DNA of 63,289 nucleotides, counting the filler, from Saprolegnia diclina VS20 (taxonomy: Eukaryota): assembly GCF_000281045.1 (NCBI RefSeq). It is 5 parts of 3 records of this genome, joined end to end, with 100 filler letters (N's around TTAATTAATTAA, not from the genome) between each part and the next. Parts side by side here need not be neighbours in the genome. Positions count along the whole stretch, not along the records: positions 58,880 to 63,289 come from NW_008246117.1; 4 more parts are not named here. One strand, 5' to 3'. Below are positions 61,359 through 63,289 of the stretch, piece by piece. Position numbers and translations under genes: made by a program. Position 1 is the stretch's first letter, and the number at the start of each line of letters is the position of its first letter. The notes under the pieces are model-generated. The model worked only from the letters and a program-made list of their open reading frames with translations, was not told where the DNA came from and made no database searches.

Positions 61359-63289
61359 ATGTGGTTGCGCACCTTCTTCTCCTCGGGGCTCTCCAAGTAC
61401 GTCTTGACCGACAAGAGTGCGCGGGGCGATGGGCACGGCAATCACACGCCCGTCGTTCAGATCTGGTATCGTATCCTCTCCAACCTCGTGGCCGCCGTCC
61501 TCGTCGCGCTGTCGCTCGCAGCGCTCGCCGTCGTTGTGGCGCAAGGCACGTTTCGCCGCGAAGACGTGCAGTACCACGACCAGGCCAAAGCCTCGTACTG
61601 GAACAGCTACGGCGCGTCGTGCAAGCTCAATCACGCAGGCTGGGTTCCGCACTCGTGCAGCGCCATTGAGGTCAACACGACCGCGAATGCCGTTGCGTGG
61701 AATGCCATTGGCGCCAACGTTGCTGCACGCTTGGCAATCCCAGCGGGTGCCACGTATTCGGTGTCGACGTGCTTTATGGGCGCCACCCCAGAGATCGGGT
61801 GGGCGTCGCTGCAGCTCTTGATCGGGTACGACGACTTCCCCACGTGCTGCCCCCAAAACGGGTCCCAAACCATTGCCGGCTTGTTCATGGTTGAGACGGC
61901 GCTGCGCATGACACACCCCGAAGGCGTGTACCTCGTCACGGGGTTCATCGACAAAGTCACCACTACCACCAAGGTCTACACTAGTACCGATGGCTCGACC
62001 CACCGCCTTGTCGCCGGGGTCGAAACAATGCAAGTAGCGCTGAATGGCACGACGGCCCCCGACCCAATTGGCCGCAACACGGAGATACCGTCGTTCCCGC
62101 TCGGACGCCGGTACGCAGTCTCGTCCCACAACCAAGCAGTGATGGTGGCGATCTTCGACGACTTGGACACGGATCTCGGCTGGAGCACGGGCCGTGACTC
62201 CAAGATACCAGTGGTCTCGGGCTGGATCGTCGGGCATTCGGTCGACAACGGAGACGAGCTTCTTGCGATGCAAATCGTATTCTCCATTGCAAGCATGTTG
62301 CTCTTCTGGGGCGACGTGTACATGACGATGGAGGGACTGCAAGGCGTCCTGCGCAACAAGCCCGTCTTGACGTACGACGTGCTCTCGGGTCTCGAACGTC
62401 GCAAGCTGCTCATGCTCTTTATCACACTCAACTCGATGCCGTCCATCCTGTACATTGATGTGGCACGCATCTACTATGGCACCGACTCGGGACTCAAAAT
62501 CTGGGTCATTGCCACCGTCTCGCTGAGCATTCTTGCGGCTTTTGCGGGCTTTCTTGTGGTGACGCTACTGCAGTACGTTCCGTCGCCTCACTGCTTGCAC
62601 CACCACGTCGCGACCTTCTCGGCCCCCTTCTTTTTGTACGCGAGCATCATCAGCGTCGCCAGCGTGATTGGCGGTGAGATGTTTACACTCAACTTGAGCT
62701 TCAACAACGCCCCCGGGGGGCTCGCGTTCTTTGCGCGCGGCGCGTTTTGGCCGTCGGGGGCGTATACGCCCGAAGGCGCGCCGGCGGCGATGACCCACTT
62801 GCTTCCCATGATGTGGCTGCCCGTGCTCTTGTCGCTACTTGGGGCGATTGCATATTCCAAGCTCAAGCGCATTCTCGAGGGGCATTCTGGCATTGTCAAC
62901 ACCGAGTGGACGACCAAAAATGCGTTTCTGACCGCAACAACCGTGCCGAATTGGGTCACGAGCATGCCGCTGGCGCCCCACCACGGCATCAAGATTGGCA
63001 ACCGCACGTTCTGCAAGCCGAGCACCCAAGTGCTCTTTGGGTATGCAAGCGTCGTGCCTGTCGAGGCAAGCAAGAAGGTGCTCGTCGCTGCAGGTCCCAT
63101 CGCCGCAGCCGAGCCCGACGCAGACTTGATTAGCATCTACGATCTGGGGTGGACGCTGGTCTTTGGCGCGTGGGTGCCGTGGCGCCCCAAGCGGTTTGGG
63201 ACGAACGCCAAAAACAAATTTCAAGCGCCCAGCGGCGACGCGCGCTTGCTGAAAACACGACGCTATATTCATACGCGTGGGGCCGCCAT
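61359..63289 (+). CDS. Multi-pass membrane protein of unknown function (~645 aa, runs off the window; absent from the ORF track because no stop is reached)
   Basis: Frame from ATG 61359 (MWLRTFFSSG...), N-terminal TM, Cys-containing luminal region, GDVYMTMEGLQGVLRNKPVLTYDVLSGLERRK, then several TM helices; the duplicated tail at 59104 predicts the ending GAAID* ~7 nt beyond the window. Confidence 0.8.
   Translation, partial: MWLRTFFSSGLSKYVLTDKSARGDGHGNHTPVVQIWYRILSNLVAAVLVALSLAALAVVVAQGTFRREDVQYHDQAKASYWNSYGASCKLNHAGWVPHSCSAIEVNTTANAVAWNAIGANVAARLAIPAGATYSVSTCFMGATPEIGWASLQLLIGYDDFPTCCPQNGSQTIAGLFMVETALRMTHPEGVYLVTGFIDKVTTTTKVYTSTDGSTHRLVAGVETMQVALNGTTAPDPIGRNTEIPSFPLGRRYAVSSHNQAVMVAIFDDLDTDLGWSTGRDSKIPVVSGWIVGHSVDNGDELLAMQIVFSIASMLLFWGDVYMTMEGLQGVLRNKPVLTYDVLSGLERRKLLMLFITLNSMPSILYIDVARIYYGTDSGLKIWVIATVSLSILAAFAGFLVVTLLQYVPSPHCLHHHVATFSAPFFLYASIISVASVIGGEMFTLNLSFNNAPGGLAFFARGAFWPSGAYTPEGAPAAMTHLLPMMWLPVLLSLLGAIAYSKLKRILEGHSGIVNTEWTTKNAFLTATTVPNWVTSMPLAPHHGIKIGNRTFCKPSTQVLFGYASVVPVEASKKVLVAAGPIAAAEPDADLISIYDLGWTLVFGAWVPWRPKRFGTNAKNKFQAPSGDARLLKTRRYIHTRGAA

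Overview
Eukaryotic, intron-containing, GC-rich genomic DNA whose gene content points to a Saprolegniales oomycete, probably Saprolegnia (PAN/Apple lectins, KRE6/SKN1 GH16, expanded TKL kinases, Cys/His micro-proteins, short GT-AG introns). The window is a concatenation of five contig pieces joined by N-padded TTAATTAATTAA spacers at 25940, 38524, 45582 and 58824, so adjacency across those points means nothing. Piece 1: decaying LRR/RNI-like family, FYVE-like protein, MATE transporter, mitochondrial AsnRS, HSF, mL43, eIF1, DDT/WHIM chromatin protein, KIX-like micro-protein, a CryptonS-like remnant and KRE6/SKN1 genes. Piece 2: two Cys/His micro-protein paralogues, Cdc14-like phosphatase, stand-alone TAZ finger, Na+/H+ exchanger and a divergent PAN-repeat gene pair. 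Piece 3: an atypical lipoxygenase at the edge of a ~6 kb near-perfect palindrome (2261 bp arms) filled with scrambled Helitron remnants. Piece 4: five TKL kinases, four of them receptor-like with a conserved 12-Cys ectodomain whose first half resembles an elicitin, then a non-autonomous hAT element (12 bp TIR, 8 bp TSD) and a tRNA-Leu-like sequence. Piece 5: a scramblase 3' end and a multi-pass membrane protein whose 3' end is duplicated. The best candidate for an undescribed system is the elicitin-like receptor kinase array. All calls come from motif recognition by eye; no searches were run.
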